64,000 nt of DNA from Paramoeba atlantica. Its lineage: Eukaryota; Protista; Discosea. The notes below the pieces were generated by a model that was not told the origin of the DNA, made no database searches, and saw nothing but the letters and a program-made list of their open reading frames with translations. The DNA lies in contig CDRNVI010000054.1 of assembly GCA_977017575.1 (NCBI GenBank), positions 310,001 to 374,000 on the forward strand, in the 5' to 3' direction. Below, one piece after another: positions 1-11,326 of this stretch; position 1 is the stretch's first letter; each line of letters begins with the position of its first letter. The position numbers and the translations under genes are program-made.

Positions 1-723
1 TTCTGCGGTGTTCTCCCCTCTATCCTAGTTTTTCCTGTTTTCTTTTTAAAAATATAATTTTTTGAAGATCGATAATTTTTTTCTGAAAAATTAGGAATGG
101 CATTTATAGAAATTAATGAGAAGAGGAGTAGTCATAAAATGGGAAATAGTTGCGAAGCGCTCCACTGTATTTAGGAATAAGATCCTATGTTGTGCAGTAT
201 TTTTATTGTAAAAAGCCTACATAGATGAAAGTAATACGATTGCTTGTAAGCCTTTTCCGAAATTTGTATTTTGACATTTTTTTAGACTCAGCTTGAGTTC
301 CACCTCGGCGTATAAACGGTTACATTTTTACTCCCATCACTATGTTCATTAACGCATAGATTTTTTTATGATTCTGCTGTACTCTTGCGCTGAGGAAGAG
401 CCACGAATTTCACGCTGTGGGAAAGTCTCACGCGCAACGCTACCTCCGGAGTTTTACTTATTTCGTATGGTTAAAGATCTGCTAAACACTCCGATTGAAT
501 GGAGGGACGAAATCCCAGCCAGCGAATGGCCTGGTGTACATTTAGACCCATCCGGCGAAGTGACTGCGATTCAATGGAACGCTCTTGAGCTGCGCGGCCC
601 GATGCATTGGGAAAATACCCCTGCTTCTTTGATTTTTTTTGAATGCGGAGGGCATCGTACTCAGTGTAACTATCTGACCGGGGAACTTCAATTGGAGAGT
701 CTTTCTCAGGGATTAACAAAGTT

Positions 724-1953
724 GGTTAAACTGAACCAATATTCGCAAATTTATGAATTTTCAAAATTTCACGTCCCTTTTTGCTTACACTTTAAACTTT
801 TCTCCACTTAAACTTGATTACTTCTTACAAATGGAGGCATACGCAGTGCTCCTTCAAATTTTGTAAGACTTGAAGCAGTGTATCACCCCCATTGCACTTC
901 AAACTTCCGGTACATACCTCTGCGTATGCTTGTATTCGATCCCCCCTCTTCTCCAACTTTCGACCTAGAACATTGCCGTCCCGCTTTAGACGCTTCTTGA
1001 CCATGGAGTTCGCGCACTCCACAGTATTAGTGTGCACACCTTCATTCGTAACCCACTGTCTCTTGTGGTTTACACTTTCCCACTTATATTTGCCGCGGAG
1101 AGACAAATTATGGCGGGCACCATCAGTCCAAATTTTTGTACGACTTCCCGAAGCTAGATTCTGGATGTTCGGAAGAAGGCTCTGAGATGTTCGATTTGGA
1201 ACAGCTTCCATGAGAATTTCAGATAATTTGTTGTCCCTCGTTGTGACCGCTATCGTCTGAGCAATTTGATTACCATCTTGGCGAACACGTTTTGCTCGAT
1301 GGCAACCGCCCCTCTTTCGGACAGAAAAAAAAGTTTCATCGCATTGCATGGTGGTCACCTTGGATCGCAGTCGAACTCGTCGGCGTATATGCGTTGTGGC
1401 CATGAGGGAATCCAGCCATTGACGCAATTTAATCACCGTTTTTTCGCTTAACTCCGTTTCCGCCACTGAAGACGCATGGCGCCCACCCCTAGAGTACAAA
1501 ACGATGTACAGGAGAGTCTGTTTAGCACTTCGCTGGCTCTTGCTGGGCAACAGCGGCCCCATAGCTCCGTACCTCCCTTTACAATGCTTGGGGCAGACCC
1601 ATTTATTCCCGACTAATGCCATGGTGTGCGGAGCTCTGTGATTTTTCTTGTAGCAAATAACTTTCTGCGCCACTAGAGAGTGGTTTTTCATCCAGTCCAG
1701 ACATTGATTCTCACTCCAGGAAGAAATTCTTCTGATCGTAAGTTTCGAACGGCACGAGAACCCACCGCACCCAGTGCACGTCATTAAAAGGTGAGAAGAG
1801 CAATAAACAAGTACTAATGGATTCAAAAAACACAATGCTTATATAAAATTAATGTGCAGAACCATGATTCAGAATAAAAGAAAGGAGCGATAAAACGTTC
1901 AGGTAAAAATTTTGCCAGATTGAGAAAAGTGCGAATATTGGTTCAGTTTCACC
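724..1953 (-). mobile_element. Merlin (IS1595/ISXO2-like) DNA transposon, full length
   Basis: 24-bp TIRs GGT(T/G)AAACTGAACCAATATTCGCA with 1 mismatch; 8-bp TSD ACAAAGTT at 716-723 and 1954-1961. Confidence 0.95.
825..1835 (-). CDS. Merlin/ISXO2-type DDE transposase (likely ATG at 1784)
   Basis: Motifs QCDETFF..RKR, WTDG, VNH, GVHTNTVE; N-terminal CxxC...C; ORF uninterrupted. Confidence 0.92.
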   Translation of the reverse strand: MCFLNPLVLVYCSSHLLMTCTGCGGFSCRSKLTIRRISSWSENQCLDWMKNHSLVAQKVICYKKNHRAPHTMALVGNKWVCPKHCKGRYGAMGPLLPSKSQRSAKQTLLYIVLYSRGGRHASSVAETELSEKTVIKLRQWLDSLMATTHIRRRVRLRSKVTTMQCDETFFSVRKRGGCHRAKRVRQDGNQIAQTIAVTTRDNKLSEILMEAVPNRTSQSLLPNIQNLASGSRTKIWTDGARHNLSLRGKYKWESVNHKRQWVTNEGVHTNTVECANSMVKKRLKRDGNVLGRKLEKRGDRIQAYAEVCTGSLKCNGGDTLLQVLQNLKEHCVCLHL

Positions 1954-2937
1954 ACAAAGTTGGACCTTTCCAAGAACGAGCTGCGCGGTGAAGTGGAGAC
2001 TGCGTTGCTTCCACGATCGCTGGAAAATCTGCATTTGGAATGGAACAGATTTTCAGGCACGTTTAAATTTTCAAACGTACGTATACTGAACTTGGAAGGT
2101 AACGAGGACTTATCGGGCATGTACAATTACACACATAGATTTGACTTTCTTATGTTTAAGTTCACCAGAATTGTCTTAGCATAATATCCACCCCGCGTTT
2201 GGCATATAATATCTGATTAAAAAGGTTGAAATCAAATCAGTAACGTATTTTATCAAAGTCCTTTTTCAGTTCATGCTTACGCTTTAAAAAGTTCACACTT
2301 TTACAAGTTCATACTTTTTACAAGTTTCCCCCTGACTTTGCACATTTTTCTGATTGTTTTCTGAAATTTCTTGATGAGCAAAGTCACGGGGCTATCAAAA
2401 TACTGAAAACCAAAAATTTCATTTCTTTTGTACAAAATCTGGTTTTCACGAGACTGTATACAACGTTCGGGGACTGCGACCTGATTCAAAATATTTTTCC
2501 GGGGTTCTCTCTGTCCTGAAGCGCACGAATCCACCTTTATTTTCCTTTCGCGACTACTTTTTACCTGCTAGACTTTTGTCCCAATATCGATGATATGGGT
2601 CTGTACATTATCTTGGGAGACCCCTGGGAGAAGGATATTTGAAAGCAATTCTTTAAGGGTTGCGTCTTGGAGTACATTGAGGGGTCGTCTGTTGATGGAA
2701 CCTGATGTTAGTTTGTCGGTGAGGACTGTTGTGAGCTACGCGACGATGAAACACAGCTTTTTGAATCATTTTATCAGTTTTAGTTTGGTTCTACTTGGTA
2801 CAAGTAAAAATAAAGTAATATGCAGTAACATTCGAACGCATCTGATGGAAGATTATTTTGAGCAGTCATTCTTACGCATCCGTTCTATTTATTTGCAACC
2901 TCTATTTCTGCGCCCTATTTTCTAACCCCTTTCATCC

Positions 2938-3627
2938 ATGACCCTATTCACACCCCATCAGCTCACTCTTCCATCCCTCTACAAACGGCTTCCTTTATCC
3001 ATCCTTCGCCACCCCCACCCTCTCTCCTCCCCTCCCCCTCCACACCTTCCCCCCTCCAACGTCCTTCCCAACCGCTTCTCTTCCCCCCATGCTGCACCCC
3101 ACCCTCTCCCTCTCCCTTCACTCCTCCACACCCCCGTCGCCTTCTACCGCGCCGCCCACCCCCGGCGCCGGAAGACCACACGTATCGCCAACTGCCGCTC
3201 CATGTGTACGTTTAACTATGTGGTCTACGGCCGACACACGCGGCTACGGGAGACCCACCCCGCGATCGCCGCGGAGTGGGACTACGAGCGCAACCCCCGC
3301 CACCTGCACCCCGCGGTGGTGATCAACACCACCGTGCAGCCCCTGTGGTGGGTGTGCGGGGGGTGTGGGGAGCGCTACTGTATGTCCCTGGACCGTCGAA
3401 CGGTTCTGGGAAAGGGGTGCCCCAAGGGGTGTGGGGTGACGGGGGGGCAGGGGAGTACGGGGGCGATCACGAGTGGAACGTCCTCGAGTGAGGGGAGGAT
3501 AGGAGGTGGGGAGGAGAATGCTCATGGGGAAAAGGGGGAGGAAGGAAAGGTGAAATGGCTTCCGGGGGAGAGCTCGAGAATGTTTCGTTCACAGGCTCCT
3601 ACGCTTCAACCTAAAAATTTTAGTTAG
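2938..3627 (+). CDS. Zinc-ribbon (DUF4379-like treble clef) protein
   Basis: HPAIAAEWDYERN...WWVCGGCGERY....RT..GKGCPKGC matches the 'probable zinc-ribbon' pattern. Confidence 0.7.
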   Translation: MTLFTPHQLTLPSLYKRLPLSILRHPHPLSSPPPPHLPPSNVLPNRFSSPHAAPHPLPLPSLLHTPVAFYRAAHPRRRKTTRIANCRSMCTFNYVVYGRHTRLRETHPAIAAEWDYERNPRHLHPAVVINTTVQPLWWVCGGCGERYCMSLDRRTVLGKGCPKGCGVTGGQGSTGAITSGTSSSEGRIGGGEENAHGEKGEEGKVKWLPGESSRMFRSQAPTLQPKNFS

Positions 3628-4276
3628 CGGAGGTTCAAAAAACCGATTTACACTTGTATTCACGGGGTGTACGAATTTAAGGTTCGTAAAACGTCGCCGA
3701 TTTTGTAAAATTGTAGCGCTTTTCATGCTGAGATGATGAAAAGATTCTACAGAGATTATCAGTTTGATAATATCCGTTTACGATGGCTAATATTCATTTC
3801 CATATTCGATATGGAAATTCTATATTACGCCAAAAAAGCGATAAAATCACCTTGAACTTCAGCGACCCACGTACCAGAATTGTCCCCCATCCAATATTTG
3901 TTCTCGCGGTGATGGGAAATGAGTGATCGAAAAAAGTCTTCATTTTCTCATTTTTAGGAGCTTTTTCAGATATAATTATTTATGAAAGAGACAGCAGTGT
4001 CAACGCGACTTGTGGGTCCTCGATTCTCTTTATTGTCCGCAATGTAGATATCGATAGATGGAGTAACGCATTCGTGTGGAGAAAAGCGCTGCAGTGGTTT
4101 GCCGAACCAATCGGGGTTCCTACAAATAATAGAGCAAAACAAAATAATAGAGCAAAATCACCAGTAATGTTTATTTTGTTTGGGGGAATGTCTGTCCATG
4201 GGAGTGAACCATTCTGTTTCCGGAGAACTCTGAGTAGAGGCTGTGTTGGCGGGTGGCCACTATAGTTTACCCCGTG

Positions 4277-5400
4277 TTAAGCCCAAGGTGCTTGATTTCC
4301 CTCTCAAGAACCTCCAGAGCCGCCCCACATACCTTTGGTTCACCCGCGAAGGTGACATCGTCAAGGTAAGCCCATATTTTGAGGGAGCCTGGGAACTTAG
4401 CCGCCACCTTGGCTATGTCCCCTTGGATTCCTATGGCGAATAGGATTGGGGCCATGGGGTCCCCTTGTTTTACCCCCCCTGGAGCTCATTATGGAGATTC
4501 CTTCCCCAAGGTGTAGGGTGCTAGGCTTCCCGTAGCCGAAGAGGTTGATACCTTCAAGGGGGAGTAGCTTGGAGTCTCCCTTTAGGGCCCTGAAGATGGC
4601 CGACCTCGAGATGCTGTTGAAGGCATTCTCGAGGTCGGCTGCCACTGTGACCTCGCCCGGTCTGTCCCTAAAGTGTTGACGAACACTGTAGATTATGTGT
4701 TCGCACCCTTGGGTGTACTGCGCCCCAAATTGAATGCCTTGAAAGTAGGAGGGTAGGTTTTCTCTCACCTTCTCCAGTATTTATTTATATTTCATGCGGG
4801 GCAAAACCTGAAGAGTGAGCGCCTGACGTACGACGACTGTTATCAACGGCCATTACAGCGCATTCAACGCCGGTCGTACGCAGGGATTCGGCCTATGGCC
4901 ACGCCGCGTGGTCCTCCAGGGAGGTCCTGCAGCACATGGGGGGGTGAAGGGGGCACTGGACTTCCACTGCGGGGGGCGTCGTTGAGAGGCTGCAAGAAGC
5001 CTTTCGGCTACGCAGCGTCGTTGAGAGGCTCTCCCTGGCGTCCATCCAGCGGGGGCACTCGGCGCGTCTGACCCGCTGCACGGGTGTGCGAAGCGGCGGC
5101 CCCTCTTCAACGGAAAGAAGAGTTTCCGGCCCTAGCGCCAGTCGGAAACGGACACACATGAAAGGTTAAGAGTATGCCCGTTTCCGGGAAAAGAAAGGAT
5201 GAGCTAGGGAAAATGTACCAACAAGGTACAGAAACTGTATCTTTATCCCGCAACCTTTAGGAAGCATTGGTAAGAGGAATGGTGCCCAACCGGGGCGCCC
5301 GGCTTGGTAAAGAGTTTGAGGGACGCCCCAGTGAGCAGCTCCCTCATGGTGGGAGGTAGGGAGTTGGACATGATCCCATGCATTATTTGTTTTTCTATTC
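4277..5400 (-). pseudogene. CRE/SLACS-clade non-LTR reverse transcriptase fragment, split by the element at 4785-5241
   Basis: IQFG, ADLENAFNSISR, QGDPMAPILF (after a frameshift), AYLDD, LGL. The upstream part (LLTGASLKLFTKPG...FLKVAG) joins ILEKVRENLP across the insert. Confidence 0.8.
4785..5241 (-). mobile_element. 457-bp SINE-like element with SL-exon-like head and HERO-LINE-like tail
   Basis: 5-bp TSD TTTAT (4780-4784, 5242-5246). 5' end GATACAGTTTCTGTACCTTGTTG/GTAC. 3' end ctcttcaggttttgccccgcatgaaatataa resembles the LINE tail at 5847-5876. Confidence 0.8.
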
Positions 5401-5928
5401 TTATTCTCAAAAGACCTAAAAACAGCGGGAACTGTGCACTACAGTGACATGTTTTAGCTTCAGCTCGGACACTATGTTATCAATGAGCGCTTGGTAGCAG
5501 TGCAACCATCGATGATTTCTACTATGTTCCACGTCTACTGTGTCCATCGTGCAAAATGCATACTATATGGAGAAGACACAAACAGATCCTTTCTGTATCA
5601 GCTGAGTCACAGCAGTCTTCCACGTTGAAGGGCAATCGCCTAATTTGAGCACATCATTAAATACTGGTGCCATGTGGGTTTCGAGCTCTCTCACGGAGTA
5701 CAGAGTTACTTTATCATGAAAAGTGATTCCAGCGGTTTAAATTTTCTAAAGGGGGAGTTCGTCTATTATTAACAACCATCTATTAAACCCCTCCGCATCA
5801 AAAAAGGCACCCACCCTTATTTTTCGCACGAGGGGGGCTAGGGGAATTATATCTATACAGGGCATTACCTGTAGAGTAATAAAGTCTAACAGGACGTACG
5901 CATATGACGTCGCCTGCTAGACCATTTG

Positions 5929-8900
5929 CTAACCAAAGCTTTGGTTGTCCCATAAAGGGGATTCCCTTTTCAGCCAGAGTTGAAAGCTGCTCCGGATCGC
6001 CGTTCGGATGACTTCGACACGGCACTTATCTGAGAGTGCCTTGTCACCCAAAAAGAGACGGTTGATGTGACGCAGCGTCGTAGAAGGGAGACCTCTAGCT
6101 CCAACTTCAAAGCATATCAAGTGGCAGTCTGAGTACCTTATTTTTCGTCGGTGTAGAATATTTATGTACTTTTCTACTTTTCGGCAGTGGGCTTCGTGTA
6201 CGTTTTCCTCCCAGGGCATCGTCAACTCAACGATAAATTCAGTTCCGTCGTTGAGTTTGACGATTCCATCTGGGCGAAGCTGTGTTTCCAGGTCGGACCA
6301 CCATGCGGGTAGTTGACGTAGGTGTGGGAGATCAAAATGTGCCTCTGCGGTATGGGGGGAAGAGAGTATCGCGTTTGCAAAGGTGGAGAGTACACTATCA
6401 TGGCGATATGTGCAACGTCCCTGTTCTAGTGATACCTTGCACGAGGATAAGAGGTGTCGTAATGTTTCCGGTTCTTGTTTACAAATTCGGAATTGTACTG
6501 TATCTGTGCCGTGAATTCCCCATGTCCTCAGCATTGTCCTATTAGGGAGAGTGTTTTGTACCATTAAAGAAGTTGCGAAGCGGCTAAGGGAAGTGCTACG
6601 TAATCCGTTTATCGCGGCGCTGAAATCTTTCGCCTGTTCTTCCTCGGAGGTTATATCCCACCACTGAATAGCGAACGTTGACCTGCGGCGTAGTGCGTTG
6701 ATCATTCGGTCCTCATTAAGCTCAAGAAGAGTTCGTTTTGCGAGGTCGCGATCCTCCAGTATGTGTGTGATGTCACATGCTGGTCGAATTTGGCCTTTCC
6801 TGCGCTTATGTTCTTCAGCCCGTATTCTTTCCTGCAGTGCGGCGGTAACGTTCGGGTCTCGGGACCGCTTCATTTGACAGAGAAGATCAGCTGTACAGTC
6901 TTCCCAGAGTCTGGACAAGCTGCAGATGTTCCATCCACGCTGAGAGTAGATTGCTTCGCTGCATGTAGTTCTAGCCGCATTGATCCACCGTTTCAGGGAG
7001 TGAGTACACATTTTCTGAAGGCGTAAAATAAAGTTTAGCGTGATACATGGGTGTATAGTAAAGGTGAAGCGTAGCCGAGAGATGATTGCGTGCTGATATA
7101 TCCAAATTTTTGATGGGAGGTCGTGGGCCGACTGGTCAATGTTATGAAGCCATCGCTTCAATAAGGGCCTAACTTTCGTGAAAAGGGCTCGGGATTGTTG
7201 AGAACCGGGGGCAATATTCATGCCAAGAAACGTACTTCCTTCGTCGCATATATGCGGTATAGCTTCGTTCTTGATGAAAATTTGAGGACGTCGTGTCATG
7301 TAGCCGGGGTGTTCATCATTTTTCTTGGACGCCATATATTGGACTCTGCACTTTTTGACGTTGATGGAAAGGCCAAGCGAACCGAGTACCGTGGATAGTG
7401 TTTCAACAGCCAGTTGCATTTCTTTTTCACTATTCGTCAGGACCGTGAGATCGTCGGCGTACGCTTTTAGGAAGCTTTTTGGAAATCCAGGGAGGTTCAA
7501 TCCAAATGAGGGAAACGATTTTGCCATGTAACGTAGGGCTAGATCCATAATCACCAGAAAGAGCGTAGGAGAGAGAGTGTCACCTTGTAAGACACCTCGT
7601 TTAGCTGGGATCGCGCTGGACAGACCTTCGTAACATTTAATGCGGGTACTTGCGTCAGTGTATAAACATTGGACGTATTTAATAATGTTTGGGGAGATTC
7701 TCGCCCATTCCAGTGCTTCAAAGATGATGTTGCGGGGGACTGAACCAAAGGCGTTACTGAGGTCTAGCTCGGCCATGCAGTAGTTCAACTTGTTCTTCCG
7801 GTAGTGGCGTAGGAGCTCTGAGAGGGATTGCGTATGTTCGAGAGTACCGTTAATGGCGGGGAGAAAGCCTTTCTGTATCTTGGGGTCAATGACAGAGGCT
7901 TCAATTAGGAATTTCGTCATTTTCCGGCTGATGATGGAATGCAGGAGTTTCCCTAGTACGCTAGTCAGGCCGATGGGACGCCAGCTTTGTGGGTTGTCAG
8001 GCTCCCCTTTTTTGTAAATGAGGCGAGTGACGGATATTTTCCACGACGTCGGACATGTGCTGAAGCGCACTAGCGCGTTGAAGACGTTTGCCATGTGGGT
8101 GTGGGAGCTGTGGCATCGCTTTAGAGTCTGGTACGTAATGGAGTCCTGGCCTGGAGCACTGCTGTTTTTCTTTGATGTGAGAGCGTTCGAAATGTCGATT
8201 GAAGCCAGTTCGTCCCAGGTCATTTCTGCCAGAGGACGGATTCCGAGGACGTCGTGGGGTGGTAAGTGATGCACTGTAGTGGGGTCCGTAAGTAATGTTG
8301 TGAACACACTTTCCACTTTCTGTACATTGCAAGTCGGATAGGCCGGTACACTTTCTGCTTCTGTGCTTTTGTCCAAGGTTTGACTCGCAGCCGTCCATGG
8401 ATTGCGGTTGAATTGTTGAAGTGCCCAGCGACTTTCCAGTTCCCGTTTTTGGGCCATGGCTTCTGCGCTGTATATACGTTCCGCCTTTTTGGTTTCCTTA
8501 ATCTTTTGTTTCAACGCCATGCGGGGAGCCTTGCCGTGTGTGTATCGCAGCTTCATTTGTAGTTGTTTTACATGTCGAGAGAAGGAAAAGGCAACTTTTT
8601 CGCTTTCTAATGGACGGACTTTCCCCTTTGTGTGTCCTCGAGCCGTTCGGATAATGAAACCCTTCCTGGAGTCGACGTCTCGCGCCACTTCATATGCCGA
8701 CACCGCTAGTATTGCACTCAGTAGTTCTGCGTTATGGACGGCGGGGAGTGCGTCGCCAGAGACAGTGAGCAAGGTGTTGCATCTGTGGAGGGCCCTACGT
8801 TCCACCTCGTGCCAGTGCGCGTCAGCCAAGTTTATGTTTAACTTGCCCCCCTGGATGTATCGTGCCGTGCGGAAAAGGTACTCCGTCTCGTCGAGTGGTC

Positions 8901-9276
8901 TCGGAGAGGAAGCGGAAGTGGGGGGGTTAAGTTCGGGGTGTTCTTGCTCTTGTCCTGCGTTGGGGCTCCCCTCAGAGTCTCCTTCGATTCCCTGATCGAG
9001 GGATGGTCCATAGATTTTGCAGCATGGATGGCTGCATTTGAGTTGACTTATGCATCGATGTTGGCATGGGTGCGTCCGCTTCAAGGAGGAGGCGTGGTCA
9101 CGCGAAATAATCTCGTATGGTGGAAGTGTTGGGACCGTTTGGGGCTTTGATGGCTGTACTTCTTCTTTGTCGTCGGTGCGAAGGAGCAGAACGATCCGAA
9201 ACGCCGATAACCCAGGGACCGCTCTCCCGTTCAGTACCTTATTTACCGCTTTACCCATTGAGCTAGGTGATGGCGG
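5929..9276 (-). CDS. LINE ORF, 3' part: RT, zinc knuckle and restriction-like endonuclease
   Basis: SAPGQD, WRPIGL, QKGFL..GTLEH, DLSNAFGSV, GVLQGDTLSP, AYADD; xRICKQEPETLRHLLSSC (first Cys is Phe), RHDSVL, RPDG, ELTMPWE, RKVEKY, EVGARG. Confidence 0.95.
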   Translation of the reverse strand, partial: PPSPSSMGKAVNKVLNGRAVPGLSAFRIVLLLRTDDKEEVQPSKPQTVPTLPPYEIISRDHASSLKRTHPCQHRCISQLKCSHPCCKIYGPSLDQGIEGDSEGSPNAGQEQEHPELNPPTSASSPRPLDETEYLFRTARYIQGGKLNINLADAHWHEVERRALHRCNTLLTVSGDALPAVHNAELLSAILAVSAYEVARDVDSRKGFIIRTARGHTKGKVRPLESEKVAFSFSRHVKQLQMKLRYTHGKAPRMALKQKIKETKKAERIYSAEAMAQKRELESRWALQQFNRNPWTAASQTLDKSTEAESVPAYPTCNVQKVESVFTTLLTDPTTVHHLPPHDVLGIRPLAEMTWDELASIDISNALTSKKNSSAPGQDSITYQTLKRCHSSHTHMANVFNALVRFSTCPTSWKISVTRLIYKKGEPDNPQSWRPIGLTSVLGKLLHSIISRKMTKFLIEASVIDPKIQKGFLPAINGTLEHTQSLSELLRHYRKNKLNYCMAELDLSNAFGSVPRNIIFEALEWARISPNIIKYVQCLYTDASTRIKCYEGLSSAIPAKRGVLQGDTLSPTLFLVIMDLALRYMAKSFPSFGLNLPGFPKSFLKAYADDLTVLTNSEKEMQLAVETLSTVLGSLGLSINVKKCRVQYMASKKNDEHPGYMTRRPQIFIKNEAIPHICDEGSTFLGMNIAPGSQQSRALFTKVRPLLKRWLHNIDQSAHDLPSKIWIYQHAIISRLRFTFTIHPCITLNFILRLQKMCTHSLKRWINAARTTCSEAIYSQRGWNICSLSRLWEDCTADLLCQMKRSRDPNVTAALQERIRAEEHKRRKGQIRPACDITHILEDRDLAKRTLLELNEDRMINALRRRSTFAIQWWDITSEEEQAKDFSAAINGLRSTSLSRFATSLMVQNTLPNRTMLRTWGIHGTDTVQFRICKQEPETLRHLLSSCKVSLEQGRCTYRHDSVLSTFANAILSSPHTAEAHFDLPHLRQLPAWWSDLETQLRPDGIVKLNDGTEFIVELTMPWEENVHEAHCRKVEKYINILHRRKIRYSDCHLICFEVGARGLPSTTLRHINRLFLGDKALSDKCRVEVIRTAIRSSFQLWLKRESPLWDNQSFG

Positions 9277-9770
9277 ATTGTCAACACCAACGCACCACTT
9301 TTTTTCCTAAAAAATAATTTTCTTGTCATTTCCAGTGCACCACTTTTTCTTAAAAACTGTATTCTCATTTCCAATGCACCATCAATTATTTAAAGAAGTA
9401 TTATTTTATAATATCCTTCGGATCTACACTACAAATGCGCCATTATTCAAGACTCAGTCATTACGATCGTAATCGTATTCAATCACTCTTTACATCTGGC
9501 GAGAGTCGGCGAAGCATAGCTCGCATAATTGGCAAAAGTCACAGCACTGTTTGTCGCGAGTTGGCGCGTAATGCAAGAAGGGGTCAGCGCTATGAGGGGA
9601 CGAGGGCACAGCGCATTTCGAAAAGACGCCTCTCGTGTAAAAAGGTCAAGCCTCACAAGATACAAGGCCTTTTGGAAGAGGAAGTCAGCTCTCGACTTCA
9701 AAAGAAGCACAGCCCGGAACAGATTGCAAATACGATCCGTAGCTGTCGTACCGCCTCGACTTCTACCATA

Positions 9771-11326
9771 CAGGGGTGCAAATCAGATGCTGGGGGGGTC
9801 TAAAATTAGCAATGTTTGCGCAATTTTGGAAAATAATAGATCATTCGAGAGCTCTCGCAGAGATCTATGTTTTGGCGCTATTATCACGTTAAAAGAAAAC
9901 AAATTTGAAAAAGATATTTTTTTAAAGGTTTTTTACCCCCCTAAAAGTTGCAGATTTTTCAATTTTTGCAGTTTTTTCCGTGTTTTTTTTTGTTTTTCAG
10001 CTCACTATAATGCCGCAAAAGCGATCCCTCTCTAAGCAAAACAGTAAAAGCTTATCTGATAGATCACACGAACCCCGGGGGCACACAAAATATTCACACA
10101 GGATGCTTCTCGTTAAAGATTACGAGAATACAAACTCCTACAATGCCACTTGCCAAAGACAAGGCGTCCACGACAGCACTGTTAAGTTGTGGGTTAAGCG
10201 ATTTGAGGAAACCGGGGATGTTGAACGTGCTACGCCTCCTCGCGAACGCACTGACAACGCCGGAGCTTCTTGAGGCATGCCGCGAAATTATTGACGCGTC
10301 CAACGCGACAAGTGCGCGAGGTTGTCCCTCGTGGAGTTTTATTCTTCGAGAGGTTAGGAAAAGGGGTTTCTCCTGCAGCAGGCCGGCCCTAGTAAATTTT
10401 TTGAAGGACGAAGGGATGATCCAACGATTTTTTTCTAAAGGCCTGTTCTTAACTGAAGTTCACAAGGCCAAGCGACTAACATTTGCACTGAAAATGCAGA
10501 AGTGGTCCGTCGCACAGCTTCGTCACATTATTTGGTGTGACGAAAAAAAGTTTACTTGTCAACTTGGGCGCGAAAGCCGTTCTTACATTTGCCGAGCGAG
10601 TGACCCCCCCAAGCCACCCCTAAAAGCTGCGCAAAAATGGTTTGGGGGGGATGGAGTAAACGTTTGGATGGGTATAAGCCTTATTTATGGAGTTTTTTAT
10701 CACGTCTTTCCCGACAGGGTCAGAAATGGGAAAGTTACAATTACTTCAAATGTTTTTAAAGCAGCTATGACAAAAAGGGGGGGTTTCTTAAGTTACTTGA
10801 AGCGTCATAGCGGTACTAGAGTTGCAATGAATAATGCTCCTTGTCACAATGGCACCTTTAAAACCTTTCGAGAAAACCAAGTCTTTGTTTTAGACTTTCC
10901 CCCAAAATCCCCAGATCTTAACCCTATTGAAAACATTTGGGACATCATGGACACCTTTATTAAAGATGGTACAAACCCAGAAAATAGGACTGAAGTTTTG
11001 TATTCTATTGAAAAGGCGTTTGATTACATTAAAACAGATGGTCATGACATGCTCATAAATACTTTAAACAGCATGCCGCGGCGTTTCGACATAGTAGTAG
11101 AAAAAAAAGGGGAAAGTTGTAATTATTGAACGTACAAAATTTTTCTTTCACTTTTTGCATTTTGACGTTTTTGGGCTTCTCCTCAGTTGACCACCCCCTT
11201 ACACCCCGGGAAACCGCCTATCCAAATACATAGATCTCTGCGAGAGCTCTCGAATGCGCTATTATTTTCCAAAATTGCGCAAACATTGTTAATTTTAGAC
11301 CCCCCAGCATCTGATTTGCACCCCTG
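9771..11326 (+). mobile_element. Tc1/mariner (IS630-like) element nested in IS30
   Basis: About 100-bp TIRs starting CAGGGGTGCAAATCAGATGCTGGGGGG; TA TSD at 9769-9770 and 11327-11328. Confidence 0.93.
10010..11129 (+). pseudogene. Tc1-like transposase with a frameshift near 10245 and second catalytic D apparently changed to N
   Basis: HTH (STVKLWVKRFEETG), IIWCDEKKF, AMNNAPCH, PPKSPDLNPIENIW. A polypyrimidine tract plus AG lies 9 nt before the ATG. Confidence 0.88.

Larger units (their letters stand above)
368..2184 (+). pseudogene. LRR-family gene (copy 1) interrupted by a Merlin transposon
   Basis: Family N-terminus (GKVSRATLPPEFYLFR..W..GV). Removing 724-1961 joins ...LSQGLTK to LDLSKNELRGEVETALLPRSLENLHLEWNRFSG in frame. 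Confidence 0.9.

Noticed and set aside
3661-4276. MITE bounded by CACGGGGT inverted ends
   Set aside because: Only about 8-12 bp of match and no TA TSD; plausible but unsupported.
5100-5241. Calling the SL-like heads genuine SL RNA genes
   Set aside because: The first ~16 nt of a 39-nt exon are missing, there is no tandem array or T-tract terminator, and each continues into retroelement sequence.
10230-10275. Programmed frameshift in the Tc1 transposase
   Set aside because: No slippery heptamer, and the catalytic D is also mutated, so simple decay is more likely.
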